A DNA stretch of 20,000 bases from an uncultured virus (IMG/VR IMGVR_UViG_3300046002_006897) (IMGVR_UViG_3300046002_006897), one strand, 5' to 3'; positions 1-7,724 are shown, counted from the stretch's first letter. Notes: generated by a model not told the origin, from the letters alone. Numbers and translations are program-made.

Positions 1-2
1 AC

Positions 3-425
3 ATATCTGGCGCGTTGCTGGGATTTACAATCTTTGCGGCAATACAACTGCCAAGCGTCTGGTTAGCTGATATAATCCTACTCGATATTTTGGCAGCACT
101 TTTTTATCTATATTTACAACTAAAACGGAGAATATCCGAAGAGTTTGAGAAATATAACATCAAGTTTGTAGAGTCGGGAAATGCAATCACAGACACGTTG
201 AAGGTTGCGTTCGACAATATAAAAAAAACAAGTACTGAACAACAAAAATTAAATGCAAAACTTAGGGAATATAATTCAAAATTACATCGGGTCGAGCAAC
301 ACCAGCATAGACTGGCTAGTATCGGAATCAAAAAAGGAATTGACGCCCGAGATAAATTGTCTGAAGAGACGAGAACTTCTCGCCCGGACGAAGTTCAATC
401 ACAGAGACGTGGTCGAACTGAGTGA
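3..425 (+). CDS. Membrane-anchored coiled-coil hypothetical protein, 5'-truncated by the window edge
   Basis: The frame is open from position 3 (ISGALLGFTIF...). Hydrophobic N-terminal segments are followed by a charged helical region (TEQQKLNAKLREYNSKLHRVE). Confidence 0.65.
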   Translation: MSGALLGFTIFAAIQLPSVWLADIILLDILAALFYLYLQLKRRISEEFEKYNIKFVESGNAITDTLKVAFDNIKKTSTEQQKLNAKLREYNSKLHRVEQHQHRLASIGIKKGIDARDKLSEETRTSRPDEVQSQRRGRTE

Positions 426-490
426 CCAATTAAAATCTCTTACAAAGCTTTGTAAAAAACTAAACATAAACATTGATAATTTATACGTAA

Positions 491-706
491 ATGAAAACAA
501 ACTCGGATAGTCCAACAATGGTAGAATTTGGAAAGCTTGATGCCGGAAATAAATTCTTTTTGTCCAACCCAATTGGACTCGAAGACCGTGCATCTTATAT
601 AAAAATGACAAGTCAAAAAGACAAGGATGGTAGGTGGTCAAACGCCAAGAACCCATTTGGTATAGTAATATTCGTGCAATATGACAAACGCGTGTGGGTA
701 AAATGA
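491..706 (+). CDS. Hypothetical protein (71 aa)
   Basis: ATG start. The stop overlaps the next ATG at 703 (ATGA). Confidence 0.7.
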   Translation: MKTNSDSPTMVEFGKLDAGNKFFLSNPIGLEDRASYIKMTSQKDKDGRWSNAKNPFGIVIFVQYDKRVWVK

Positions 707-1113
707 AAATTGTAATAAGCAAATGTTATGGTGGATTTAGTCTTTCACCCAAAGCAGTCAAATGGCTCGCAGACAAACGTGGACAACAGTGCCACTTTTT
801 TCAGTCCAAGTATGTCGATGGAAAGCATGCGTATGTTCCATTTGATGGCGAATTCCCAGAGGGTTTGTTCTGGGTTGCTTTTAGTACAGACAATCCAACA
901 AATGAAAATTATAGCAAATATCGTTTGGACAATCACCCACGTGACCGAGCCGACCCATTACTTGTCCAAGTTGTTGAAGAGTTGGGCGAAGAAGCAAATG
1001 GTTCTGCCGCAGAACTAAAGGTTGTTGACATACCAGATGGTATTGAATATACAATTGAAGAATATGATGGCATGGAAACTATCCACGAAGCCCATCGCGT
1101 GTGGGGAGATTGA
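703..1113 (+). CDS. Conserved phage hypothetical protein
   Basis: KIVISKCYGGFSLS...RADPLLVQVVEELGEEANG...LKVVDIPD...IEEYDGME...HRVW is a motif set I recognise as common in phage hypothetical proteins. Start placed at ATG 703 because of the ATGA overlap. Confidence 0.85.
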   Translation: MKIVISKCYGGFSLSPKAVKWLADKRGQQCHFFQSKYVDGKHAYVPFDGEFPEGLFWVAFSTDNPTNENYSKYRLDNHPRDRADPLLVQVVEELGEEANGSAAELKVVDIPDGIEYTIEEYDGMETIHEAHRVWGD

Positions 1114-1924
1114 TCGGTTCAGATTTGGGAATTTTGTGATTGTGCCTGTATTTTGTATGGCAAGAAGACCCGCAAAACAAAAACTTCCCGCCTTTATTCC
1201 AAGACTTCAATACAGTTTTTTCTTTCCCACAACAAATACATTTATAAGTTAGATACGCTGTTTCTTTTTTGTATTGATTGAAACATTGTCGGTCACAAAA
1301 ATGATCTTCATTTGGTCCTTTATACCTATTCTTTTCTATATTTTTTGTTTTTCCACACATTTTACACTGAATATCTATTCTTGCGTTTTTTTGTTTTAGT
1401 TTTATTCCACATGGTTTGGAACAGCATTTTTGAGTTTTTACTTTATTATGAGATGATGGAATAGTAAATGTTTTCCCGCATATTACACAATCAGATGTAT
1501 AGTATTCTGTTGTTGATTCAACCGATTTTCTATAACAAGAAAAACTACAAAACTTTGTTTTTTCTTTATTATGTCTGCTTTCTGTAACGTTGAATAGTTT
1601 TCCACAATAATCACAAGTTGAATGAACCCGCTTGAATAGTTTTTTGCGAAGCCATCCATAAAGTTTGTTATTCCTTTTTTGACCCCCATTCGCCGTACAC
1701 ATCATATTGGCAGCAAACAAGATATTGCGATTGTCTGGATATATTTTTACCAAAAGTTGATGGCATACATAATGTTCTTCGGGTGTGAGTGATACTATGT
1801 TTTCACCTTCATCATTTCCTCCCAAACATTTCGGTATTATATGATGCTGTTCATACAAATCTTCGTTTGGACTTCTCGACTTTGCTCTTTCAACTATTCG
1901 GTGATATATTTCGGGGTAGTTCAT
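1079..1924 (-). CDS. Free-standing HNH homing endonuclease (T4 Mob-like N-terminus) with four C-terminal zinc-ribbon repeats
   Basis: N-terminus NYPEIY...EQHHIIPKCLGGND...NIVSLTPEEHYVCHQLL is an HNH core. The C-terminus has four CxxCGK...C(S/D/G)xxC units. The gene is antisense to its neighbours. Confidence 0.9.
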   Translation of the reverse strand: MNYPEIYHRIVERAKSRSPNEDLYEQHHIIPKCLGGNDEGENIVSLTPEEHYVCHQLLVKIYPDNRNILFAANMMCTANGGQKRNNKLYGWLRKKLFKRVHSTCDYCGKLFNVTESRHNKEKTKFCSFSCYRKSVESTTEYYTSDCVICGKTFTIPSSHNKVKTQKCCSKPCGIKLKQKNARIDIQCKMCGKTKNIEKNRYKGPNEDHFCDRQCFNQYKKETAYLTYKCICCGKEKTVLKSWNKGGKFLFCGSSCHTKYRHNHKIPKSEPINLPTRDGLRG

Positions 1925-2064
1925 TTTTTGTTTTTTAGTTCATAGTATTTTTGTAACTTTTTCTTTTTTATCTCTTCCTTGTGGAGTTGATAATATTTGT
2001 TGGCGCGAACACGACTTTCTTCAAGAACTTGTTCGTAGGTTTTGTTATGTGATTTTCTTCCCAT
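1921..2064 (-). CDS. Small basic protein (47 aa) coupled to the HNH gene; not in the ORF track
   Basis: Manual translation gives MGRKSHNKTYEQVLEESRVRANKYYQLHKEEIKKKKLQKYYELKNKK*. Its TGA overlaps the HNH ATG (ATGA, 1921-1924). Confidence 0.8.
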   Translation of the reverse strand: MGRKSHNKTYEQVLEESRVRANKYYQLHKEEIKKKKLQKYYELKNKK

Positions 2065-2068
2065 GTGA

Positions 2069-2079
2069 ATAAATATAAA
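2069..2079 (-). promoter_or_regulatory. TTTATATTTAT motif (putative phage-specific promoter) upstream of the small ORF/HNH unit
   Basis: Ends 4 nt before the minus-strand ATG at 2064. An identical 11-mer lies at 3748-3758 upstream of the other minus-strand gene. Confidence 0.5.
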
Positions 2080-2107
2080 ATAAAAAAAGAAAAACGCAGG
2101 AAAATGC

Positions 2108-2115
2108 TATTTATA
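2108..2115 (-). promoter_or_regulatory. TATAAATA, an exact T4-type late promoter consensus, facing the HNH unit
   Basis: The + strand reads TATTTATA at 2108-2115, which is TATAAATA on the minus strand, 43 nt upstream of ATG 2064. Orientation is ambiguous and the region is AT-rich. Confidence 0.35.
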
Positions 2116-2127
2116 ACAAACATCTTG

Positions 2128-2155
2128 TTGACATATATCCGCACTATTGTATAGT
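2128..2155 (+). promoter_or_regulatory. Sigma70-like promoter TTGACA-N16-TATAGT
   Basis: -35 at 2128-2133, -10 at 2150-2155, ATG at 2167. Confidence 0.7.
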
Positions 2156-2166
2156 TGGTAAATAAT

Positions 2167-2631
2167 ATGGCAAAAATAAAAAATGAAGTTGACAAAAAAC
2201 CAAAGACTAAAAGTTTATTTGATCACCTCAATGAAATCCGTGTGGGAAAAAATCCTAAATACTTTGAAACTCTGTCTGAAACGGATAAAAAGACTTGGAG
2301 TAATTATATGGTATGCAGATTTTTAAGCATGCAACCATTGCTGGTAGAAACGATAAATGATATGCAATCATACCAAGATAAGTTAGAGCCTAAAGATTTC
2401 TATCGACTGTGTTCGGAGACAGTGCCGCGAGGCCGGGGATATTATCCATATATAAAAAACACAGCGGAAAAATATAATAAATCTTTGCTGTCATTGCTTT
2501 GTATACATTTTAAAGAATGTGAGAGAAATGTGTTGCAGTATATTGGACTCCTGACCCAAGAGGATTTGCGGGCGATAGTAAAATTGTACGGATATTCAGA
2601 CAAACAAGCAGATGAGTTAATTATAACTTGA
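2167..2631 (+). CDS. Clamp loader small subunit (T4 gp62-like)
   Basis: SLFDHLNEI...WSNYMVCRFLSM...INDMQSY...YPYIK resembles the phage clamp-loader A subunit family. Start chosen at ATG 2167, downstream of the promoter. Confidence 0.7.
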   Translation: MAKIKNEVDKKPKTKSLFDHLNEIRVGKNPKYFETLSETDKKTWSNYMVCRFLSMQPLLVETINDMQSYQDKLEPKDFYRLCSETVPRGRGYYPYIKNTAEKYNKSLLSLLCIHFKECERNVLQYIGLLTQEDLRAIVKLYGYSDKQADELIIT

Positions 2632-2655
2632 CGTTATTCGTGTGCTCTGTACCAT
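2628..2655 (+). promoter_or_regulatory. Sigma70-like promoter TTGACG-N16-TACCAT
   Basis: -35 at 2628-2633 overlaps the previous stop codon, -10 at 2650-2655, ATG at 2663. Confidence 0.55.
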
Positions 2656-2662
2656 TTGATAT

Positions 2663-3301
2663 ATGAGTAATAAACGTGTAATTGGGATAGGAGGCGTGGC
2701 AAGGGCTGGAAAAGACACCTTCGCCTCTATATTAACCAATCAATTGAAGGCGGCGGGAAAAACGGTAGATAGGTTTGCGTTTGCGGACGCATTGAAAGAG
2801 GACTGTGAGGCGTTTTGTGTAGAGAAACTCGGAGTGACCGCGTTCACGCAAATACCAGAGGAAAAGATTTTAATTCGGCCATTGCTTGTTTGGTATGGCG
2901 ATGCAAAAAGAAAGCAGACCAATGGAAGATATTGGGTAGATATTATAGATAAACAAGTGAAAGCGTCAACCGCCGATTTTTGTATTGTTACCGACGTTCG
3001 TTATGACTTCTACGAGCGTGATGAAATCAATTGGGTCAAACAAGAGTGTCATGGTCTTGTGGTGCACGTGAGTCGGTGGAGCAGGCCGAGCATTCTAAAT
3101 GCAATCGGGGATAGAACTTTGAGATACTATGTGCAACCAGCCAATGACCACGAAAAAGAGAATAACCCAAAGGTAAAAGCCAAAGCTGATCGCGTCGTTG
3201 AATGGGAAAACGTAGACGGTTTAACTATGGAACAACTGACATTTGCTCCGTCCCTAGTAGCCCACGTAGACGAGTTTATATTTAAATCCCGACTGGTTTA
3301 A
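2663..3301 (+). CDS. Deoxynucleoside monophosphate kinase (T4 gp1-like P-loop kinase)
   Basis: P-loop IGIGGVARAGKDT plus FAFADALK, YW(V) and IVTDVRY motifs typical of phage dNMP kinases. Confidence 0.85.
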   Translation: MSNKRVIGIGGVARAGKDTFASILTNQLKAAGKTVDRFAFADALKEDCEAFCVEKLGVTAFTQIPEEKILIRPLLVWYGDAKRKQTNGRYWVDIIDKQVKASTADFCIVTDVRYDFYERDEINWVKQECHGLVVHVSRWSRPSILNAIGDRTLRYYVQPANDHEKENNPKVKAKADRVVEWENVDGLTMEQLTFAPSLVAHVDEFIFKSRLV

Positions 3302-3729
3302 TCTTCGTCGGAATCTTCGTCGGAATCTTCTCCGTTGTCAAATTCCTCATTCAATTTTAAGAAATCTTGTTGTGTTAATTTTAAGTTGTGTATAATAGCG
3401 GTAATTAACATAGCAAGTTGACGGGTATCAAACTTTTGCGATTTAATACTTTGACAAAATTTTTCGGATATTCCGATAATTTTTTTGTCAAGTTTTGCTC
3501 CACCCGACGGGTATATTATACCGGGGATAGGATTATTCGCATCGTGCATATCAGACAACTTATCCAGTTCCTCTTTGAGTAACTGATTATATTCGTCCTC
3601 ACTCGCCGCGACTGTCTTTATTAATTTTTTCAACTCGTCTATATCATTTTTCTTGACAATCTTAGCAACAGAGAAATTTTTTAGTATCCCGGATTGCTGC
3701 AAAACGTGGGTGTAAGTTTGATTTGACAT
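3298..3729 (-). CDS. Hypothetical helical protein with an acidic tail (143 aa)
   Basis: Likely start MSNQTY at 3729; the longer track start overlaps the nuclease gene. Ends in EDSDEDSDED and shares TTAA with the kinase stop. Confidence 0.75.
   Translation of the reverse strand: MSNQTYTHVLQQSGILKNFSVAKIVKKNDIDELKKLIKTVAASEDEYNQLLKEELDKLSDMHDANNPIPGIIYPSGGAKLDKKIIGISEKFCQSIKSQKFDTRQLAMLITAIIHNLKLTQQDFLKLNEEFDNGEDSDEDSDED
3301..3330. repeat. 12-bp tandem repeat ATCTTCGTCGGA x2.5
   Basis: The sequence reads atcttcgtcgga atcttcgtcgga atcttc. It encodes the acidic EDSD repeats on the minus strand. Confidence 0.85.
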
Positions 3730-3747
3730 TATTATACTGTATTTAAG

Positions 3748-3758
3748 ATAAATATAAA
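3748..3758 (-). promoter_or_regulatory. TTTATATTTAT motif upstream of the minus-strand gene 3298..3729
   Basis: Identical to 2069-2079. Lies 18 nt upstream of the ATG. Confidence 0.5.
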
Positions 3759-3768
3759 CGTATTTCGT

Positions 3769-3796
3769 TTGACACCAAAGATTATCGGTATATTGT
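3769..3796 (+). promoter_or_regulatory. Sigma70-like promoter TTGACA-N16-TATTGT
   Basis: -35 at 3769-3774, -10 at 3791-3796, ATG at 3805. Confidence 0.6.
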
Positions 3797-3804
3797 GATT
3801 GAAT

Positions 3805-4812
3805 ATGGCAACAGAAGAATTCCTCGTAGAAGACGCTGCAACTCCACCCGAACCTACAAAAGTAGTCGCGGAGAAGAAGCAAAAACATGTCAGTTTTAGC
3901 CAGTATGCTAAATGGTTGAAATGTCCCCAAGATTGGAAGTTGTCGTACATCGACAAACTTTCTCCGTACGACTCAACCATACACACAGTATTTGGAACTG
4001 CCATTCATGGTGCGATTCAAGCGTATCTTAAGATTCTATATACTGTGGGAGCGCCGGAGGCGGATGAATTTGATACAATTGGAGAGTTTAAGAAGGGATA
4101 CAAGAAAGAACTACTGCAATTGAAGATTGCCACACCGGAACAAGAGAAGCTATCCGAAGAAGAATTGAAATCGCTGAAATTAGTGACTGAGGCAACCATA
4201 TCAGAATTTGAATCGGACGGAAAAACGATACTCAATCACATGCTCGACTATTCCACCAGAACAAAACATTTCCCGTCCAAGCGATACGAACTGGTAGGCA
4301 TTGAGCTTCCGTTGGAAATCCCACTGAGAAAATCAACTCTGTTATATAAAGGATTCTTGGATATTGTGCTCAAGGATAAACAGACCAACAAAATATTGAT
4401 ATTGGACTTTAAGACCTCAACCAATGGATGGAATAAGTACCAGAAGGTTGACCGAACCAAGATTGACCAGCTATTGCTGTATAAACGGTTTTACAGCCAA
4501 ACGTTCAAAGTTGCGATGGACGAGATAGAAGTTGAATTCTTTGTGCTTAAACGCAAGCTGATGGAGGATGTGACGTTCCCACAACAACGCATTCAACGTA
4601 TATCTCCACCGGACGGAAAAAAGAGCATGGCCGAAGTTGAGGCATCGTTTTTAGATTTTATAAAAAGTGGATTTGACGACCAAGGAAATTATAACAAAGA
4701 CGGGGCGTTTCCTAAAACTCCCGGCAAAGCAAAAAAGAATTGTAAATATTGCTTTTTCAAGACCCACAAGAATGAAAAGGGAGAATTGTATTGTAACGGA
4801 AAGGAAGGCTGA
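3805..4812 (+). CDS. PD-(D/E)XK nuclease, RecB/AddB/Cas4-like, with a probable 4Fe-4S staple
   Basis: Motifs SFSQY...KCP, FGTAIH, E(LP), KGFLD, ILDFKTS and QLLLY, with a C-terminal CKYC...C. Confidence 0.9.
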   Translation: MATEEFLVEDAATPPEPTKVVAEKKQKHVSFSQYAKWLKCPQDWKLSYIDKLSPYDSTIHTVFGTAIHGAIQAYLKILYTVGAPEADEFDTIGEFKKGYKKELLQLKIATPEQEKLSEEELKSLKLVTEATISEFESDGKTILNHMLDYSTRTKHFPSKRYELVGIELPLEIPLRKSTLLYKGFLDIVLKDKQTNKILILDFKTSTNGWNKYQKVDRTKIDQLLLYKRFYSQTFKVAMDEIEVEFFVLKRKLMEDVTFPQQRIQRISPPDGKKSMAEVEASFLDFIKSGFDDQGNYNKDGAFPKTPGKAKKNCKYCFFKTHKNEKGELYCNGKEG

Positions 4813-4813
4813 C

Positions 4814-5056
4814 ATGACCATCAATTACGGTATCATTGCATATACATTAAAGGGCGAAAAAGAATCACCCACGCTATCAATTCTGCATTTTTGCGGATAT
4901 GCGGAACCTCCCACACAAGCAGACATTGAATCGTTGTCCAAAGAATTAAACACCGACCCCGAATTTGGATTGGTAGGAAAGATTGGAACCGAGACATTTT
5001 TGATGGAAGCAACTCCCGATATTATAAAAAAGTTTAAAGAATTGCCGCCAGTTTGA
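4814..5056 (+). CDS. Hypothetical protein (80 aa)
   Basis: ATG at 4814 directly after the nuclease stop; sequence MTINYGIIAY...LHFCGY...TDPEFGL. Confidence 0.7.
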   Translation: MTINYGIIAYTLKGEKESPTLSILHFCGYAEPPTQADIESLSKELNTDPEFGLVGKIGTETFLMEATPDIIKKFKELPPV

Positions 5057-5061
5057 TTTTT

Positions 5062-5092
5062 ATATATATGGAAAATCTAATTTCATATATAT
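5062..5092. promoter_or_regulatory. Inverted repeat ATATATATG-N13-CATATATAT upstream of the RHH-like gene
   Basis: Perfect 9-bp arms at 5062-5070 and 5084-5092, but of low complexity. Confidence 0.4.
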
Positions 5093-5113
5093 GTATATAG
5101 GAAATATCATACT

Positions 5114-5323
5114 ATGAAATTAAAATCAAATCACGAAACTAGCTTCACTTCCGTCCATGTGTTCAAGGACAAATATACCCTATTCAAAGAATCTGGTGTA
5201 AGTAGCGGAATGACGCTCCAAAAATTGGTCAATCGTTGCGTATATCTTTATATCAACGACCCCGAATTCAAAAAGAAGGTAGACGGAGAATCTGCATTAC
5301 AAAGCAGTGGATCAGCATTTTAA
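5114..5323 (+). CDS. Small putative ribbon-helix-helix DNA-binding protein
   Basis: Beta-strand pattern FTSVHV, then helix KDKYTLFKESG and helix TLQKLVNRCVYLY, consistent with RHH topology (inference). Confidence 0.6.
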   Translation: MKLKSNHETSFTSVHVFKDKYTLFKESGVSSGMTLQKLVNRCVYLYINDPEFKKKVDGESALQSSGSAF

Positions 5324-5330
5324 TTATAAG

Positions 5331-5358
5331 TTGACAAACGCAAAAATTAAAGCATAAT
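5331..5358 (+). promoter_or_regulatory. Sigma70-like promoter TTGACA-N16-CATAAT
   Basis: -35 at 5331-5336, -10 at 5353-5358, ATG at 5370. Confidence 0.7.
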
Positions 5359-5369
5359 ACGAAAATTAT

Positions 5370-6845
5370 ATGGTAAAAGATTATATTCCACAAAAAGATA
5401 GAAAAAAAATAATACTATTATGCGACGATTTGCGTATGCATTCTGGTATTGCCACAATGGCTAGAGAATTTGTCACTGGTCTTGCTCATAAATATAATTG
5501 GGTACAATTGGCCGGAAGCGTTCAGCACCCAGACAAAGGTAAGATTTTTAATCTCGATGCCGCCACAAATGCAACCACCGGATTAACGGACTCTTATGTG
5601 CGACTATACCCTATTGATGGGTACGGCAACTCAGACGTATTAAATGAAGTTATAAAACTAGAAAACCCCGATGCTCTCCTACATTTTACAGACCCTAGAT
5701 TCTGGATTTGGTTATATCAAATCGAGCGTGAGTTGCGTCAAAAGCTACCTATTGGCTTTTATAGTATATGGGACGACCTACCATATCCTATGTATAATAG
5801 ACCTTATTATGAGAGTTGCGATTGGATAGGTTGTATCAGTAAGCAGACCGAGAATATCGTAAAGGGAGTTCTTGGCTCCAATCTAAACAAACCGACCACG
5901 GTGACTTATGTTCCACATGGAATGAACACGAAAATGTTCAGACCGCTCGTCACAGAGGCGGAGCTAAAGGAGCTTGATATAGTTAAGAAGCAAATTCTAA
6001 AGAAAGAATATAGCTACGTTATTTTCTATAATAATAGAAACATTCGTCGCAAGCAAACTTCCACGATAATGTTGGCCTATCGCAATTTCTGCGATAACCT
6101 ATCAAAAGAAGAAGCGGCCAAATGTGTGTTGCTCATGCATACACACCCGATAGATGAAGCTGGTACCGATCTGCTAGCAGTGAAGGAAGCATTTTGTAAA
6201 GAATATGACGTAGTATTTAGCACGGATAAGATTGCCCCGGAGCGGTTGAATCAATATTATAATATCGCAGACGTAACGGTAAATCTCTCCGACAATGAAG
6301 GATTTGGAATAGCCACAGCAGAAAGTCTTGCGGCTGGCACGCCGATTATAGTTTCTGTAACCGGGGGTTTGCAAGATCAATGCGGGTTTACAGACGCCAA
6401 CGGTAAGCCAGTGGAATTCAATGAGAGTTGGGGCAGTAACCACGATGGTAGATATAAAAATCACGGTAAATGGGTAACCCCAATATATCCGGGAGCCAGA
6501 ATGTTGCAAGGTAGCATTCCGACGCCATACATTATCGCAGACTACGCTAGATGGGAAGACTGCGCCGAAGCGATGATGTATTGGTATATCTTGGGCAGAG
6601 AAAAGCGTAAAGAATGCGGTGAGGCTGGACGTGATTGGCTGAGTGGAGATGGTGGATTAAGTTCCGAGAGCATGTGTGAAAAGATGGCGGACGGTCTAGA
6701 CTCTATGATTGCAAACTGGAAAGGTCGCGAGAGATTTAATCTACATCGCCACGACGAGCACGTCGGACATACTATGCCTAATAATCAACTCGGAATTATC
6801 TTGCCAAAGATAGATAAAGCTGTAGTATTGAGCAAATACAATTAA
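5370..6845 (+). CDS. GT-B glycosyltransferase (GT4/RfaG-like)
   Basis: Motifs DDLRMHSGIA, YVPHGM, NNRNIRRK and ADVTVNLSDNEGFGIATAESLAAGTPIIVSVTGG (EX7E). Confidence 0.92.
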   Translation: MVKDYIPQKDRKKIILLCDDLRMHSGIATMAREFVTGLAHKYNWVQLAGSVQHPDKGKIFNLDAATNATTGLTDSYVRLYPIDGYGNSDVLNEVIKLENPDALLHFTDPRFWIWLYQIERELRQKLPIGFYSIWDDLPYPMYNRPYYESCDWIGCISKQTENIVKGVLGSNLNKPTTVTYVPHGMNTKMFRPLVTEAELKELDIVKKQILKKEYSYVIFYNNRNIRRKQTSTIMLAYRNFCDNLSKEEAAKCVLLMHTHPIDEAGTDLLAVKEAFCKEYDVVFSTDKIAPERLNQYYNIADVTVNLSDNEGFGIATAESLAAGTPIIVSVTGGLQDQCGFTDANGKPVEFNESWGSNHDGRYKNHGKWVTPIYPGARMLQGSIPTPYIIADYARWEDCAEAMMYWYILGREKRKECGEAGRDWLSGDGGLSSESMCEKMADGLDSMIANWKGRERFNLHRHDEHVGHTMPNNQLGIILPKIDKAVVLSKYN

Positions 6846-6851
6846 AGTAGT

Positions 6852-7205
6852 ATGAAACAACCAATGATGAACGATGAAGAGTTTGCGACTATGATGCGGA
6901 AGCGCAAAATAGAATTTAAGGGGCCAAAATCCGAAATTTTGGACTACATGAACAAAACGTATCCATTGAAATCGACTCGACCAATGGAGATTGCGGCGGG
7001 AGACCGGTGGATTATTGATGATAACCTCACATACGAGAAACAGTTGGAGAACAACACTCGCAATATTGTGTTTCTGTTCTTTTTGGAATACGCGTCAATT
7101 AAGAAGTCTTCCGAGAATGAGGTGACGGAGACGTGGGACGTGGCGAGGGAATATATGCCGACCATATCGCTCATGTTGCAATCGGTAATCGTGGAAATTG
7201 TTTAA
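6852..7205 (+). CDS. Hypothetical protein
   Basis: Co-oriented ORF filling the gap; no motif recognised. Confidence 0.7.
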   Translation: MKQPMMNDEEFATMMRKRKIEFKGPKSEILDYMNKTYPLKSTRPMEIAAGDRWIIDDNLTYEKQLENNTRNIVFLFFLEYASIKKSSENEVTETWDVAREYMPTISLMLQSVIVEIV

Positions 7206-7220
7206 TTAAATATAAATTGT

Positions 7221-7523
7221 ATGAAATCATCGACTAGAAGTGTTCCGGGGAGAATTAAAGAGTGGGTGATGGGAGTCTGGTGGAATATTAGATATTATAG
7301 ATTGCGCAAGCGTTTCATTCGAAATGTAAATCATGTTGCCGGAACTGCACAATCCCCCATCACAATAAAAATGGTTGATGGACAACGGCACAGTGTGCGG
7401 ACTTATGATGCAACCGCCGCAATCGGGTATAATCAACGGAAACAATGGTTGGACCAAGTTAGTAAGCGAGACCGAGAGCTTTCAGCGATAAGAGAAGAAT
7501 ACAATTCAAAGAACTTAAACTAA
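7221..7523 (+). CDS. Hypothetical basic protein
   Basis: Co-oriented, tightly packed ORF. Confidence 0.65.
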   Translation: MKSSTRSVPGRIKEWVMGVWWNIRYYRLRKRFIRNVNHVAGTAQSPITIKMVDGQRHSVRTYDATAAIGYNQRKQWLDQVSKRDRELSAIREEYNSKNLN

Positions 7524-7529
7524 AAAATT

Positions 7530-7721
7530 ATGTCAAAAACATTAACTAAAGACGAAGCAGAAGCAAAAGTATACGAGCTAACAAAACAGCTCGCCGAAAT
7601 CAAGAAGGAAAAGAAGATGGCAAATGCCGATTTCAAGGACCGTATCAACGATGTTGAGGCGGAAATCGAAGCTGTCATTCAAGAACAAGAAGATCAGAAT
7701 ACTCCCGGCACGGCTCCATAA
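7530..7721 (+). CDS. Small coiled-coil hypothetical protein
   Basis: Heptad pattern VYELTKQLAEIKKEKK...INDVEAEIEAVI. Confidence 0.75.
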   Translation: MSKTLTKDEAEAKVYELTKQLAEIKKEKKMANADFKDRINDVEAEIEAVIQEQEDQNTPGTAP

Positions 7722-7724
7722 TAA

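Noticed and set aside
1968..2195. 75-aa minus-strand ORF from the track
   Set aside because: It spans the promoter region and overlaps the clamp-loader gene. The 47-aa ORF in another frame has the coupling signal.
3723..3749. Extra TTGACA at 3723
   Set aside because: It coincides with the minus-strand start codons, and the nearest -10-like hexamer gives a 15-bp spacer. Likely incidental.
3730..3930. N-terminal extension of the minus-strand ORF (track start 3930)
   Set aside because: It overlaps the nuclease gene and its promoter on the opposite strand. ATG 3729 with the upstream motif is more plausible.
3805..4812. CRISPR-Cas locus around the Cas4-like gene
   Set aside because: No repeat-spacer array or other cas gene was seen in the window.
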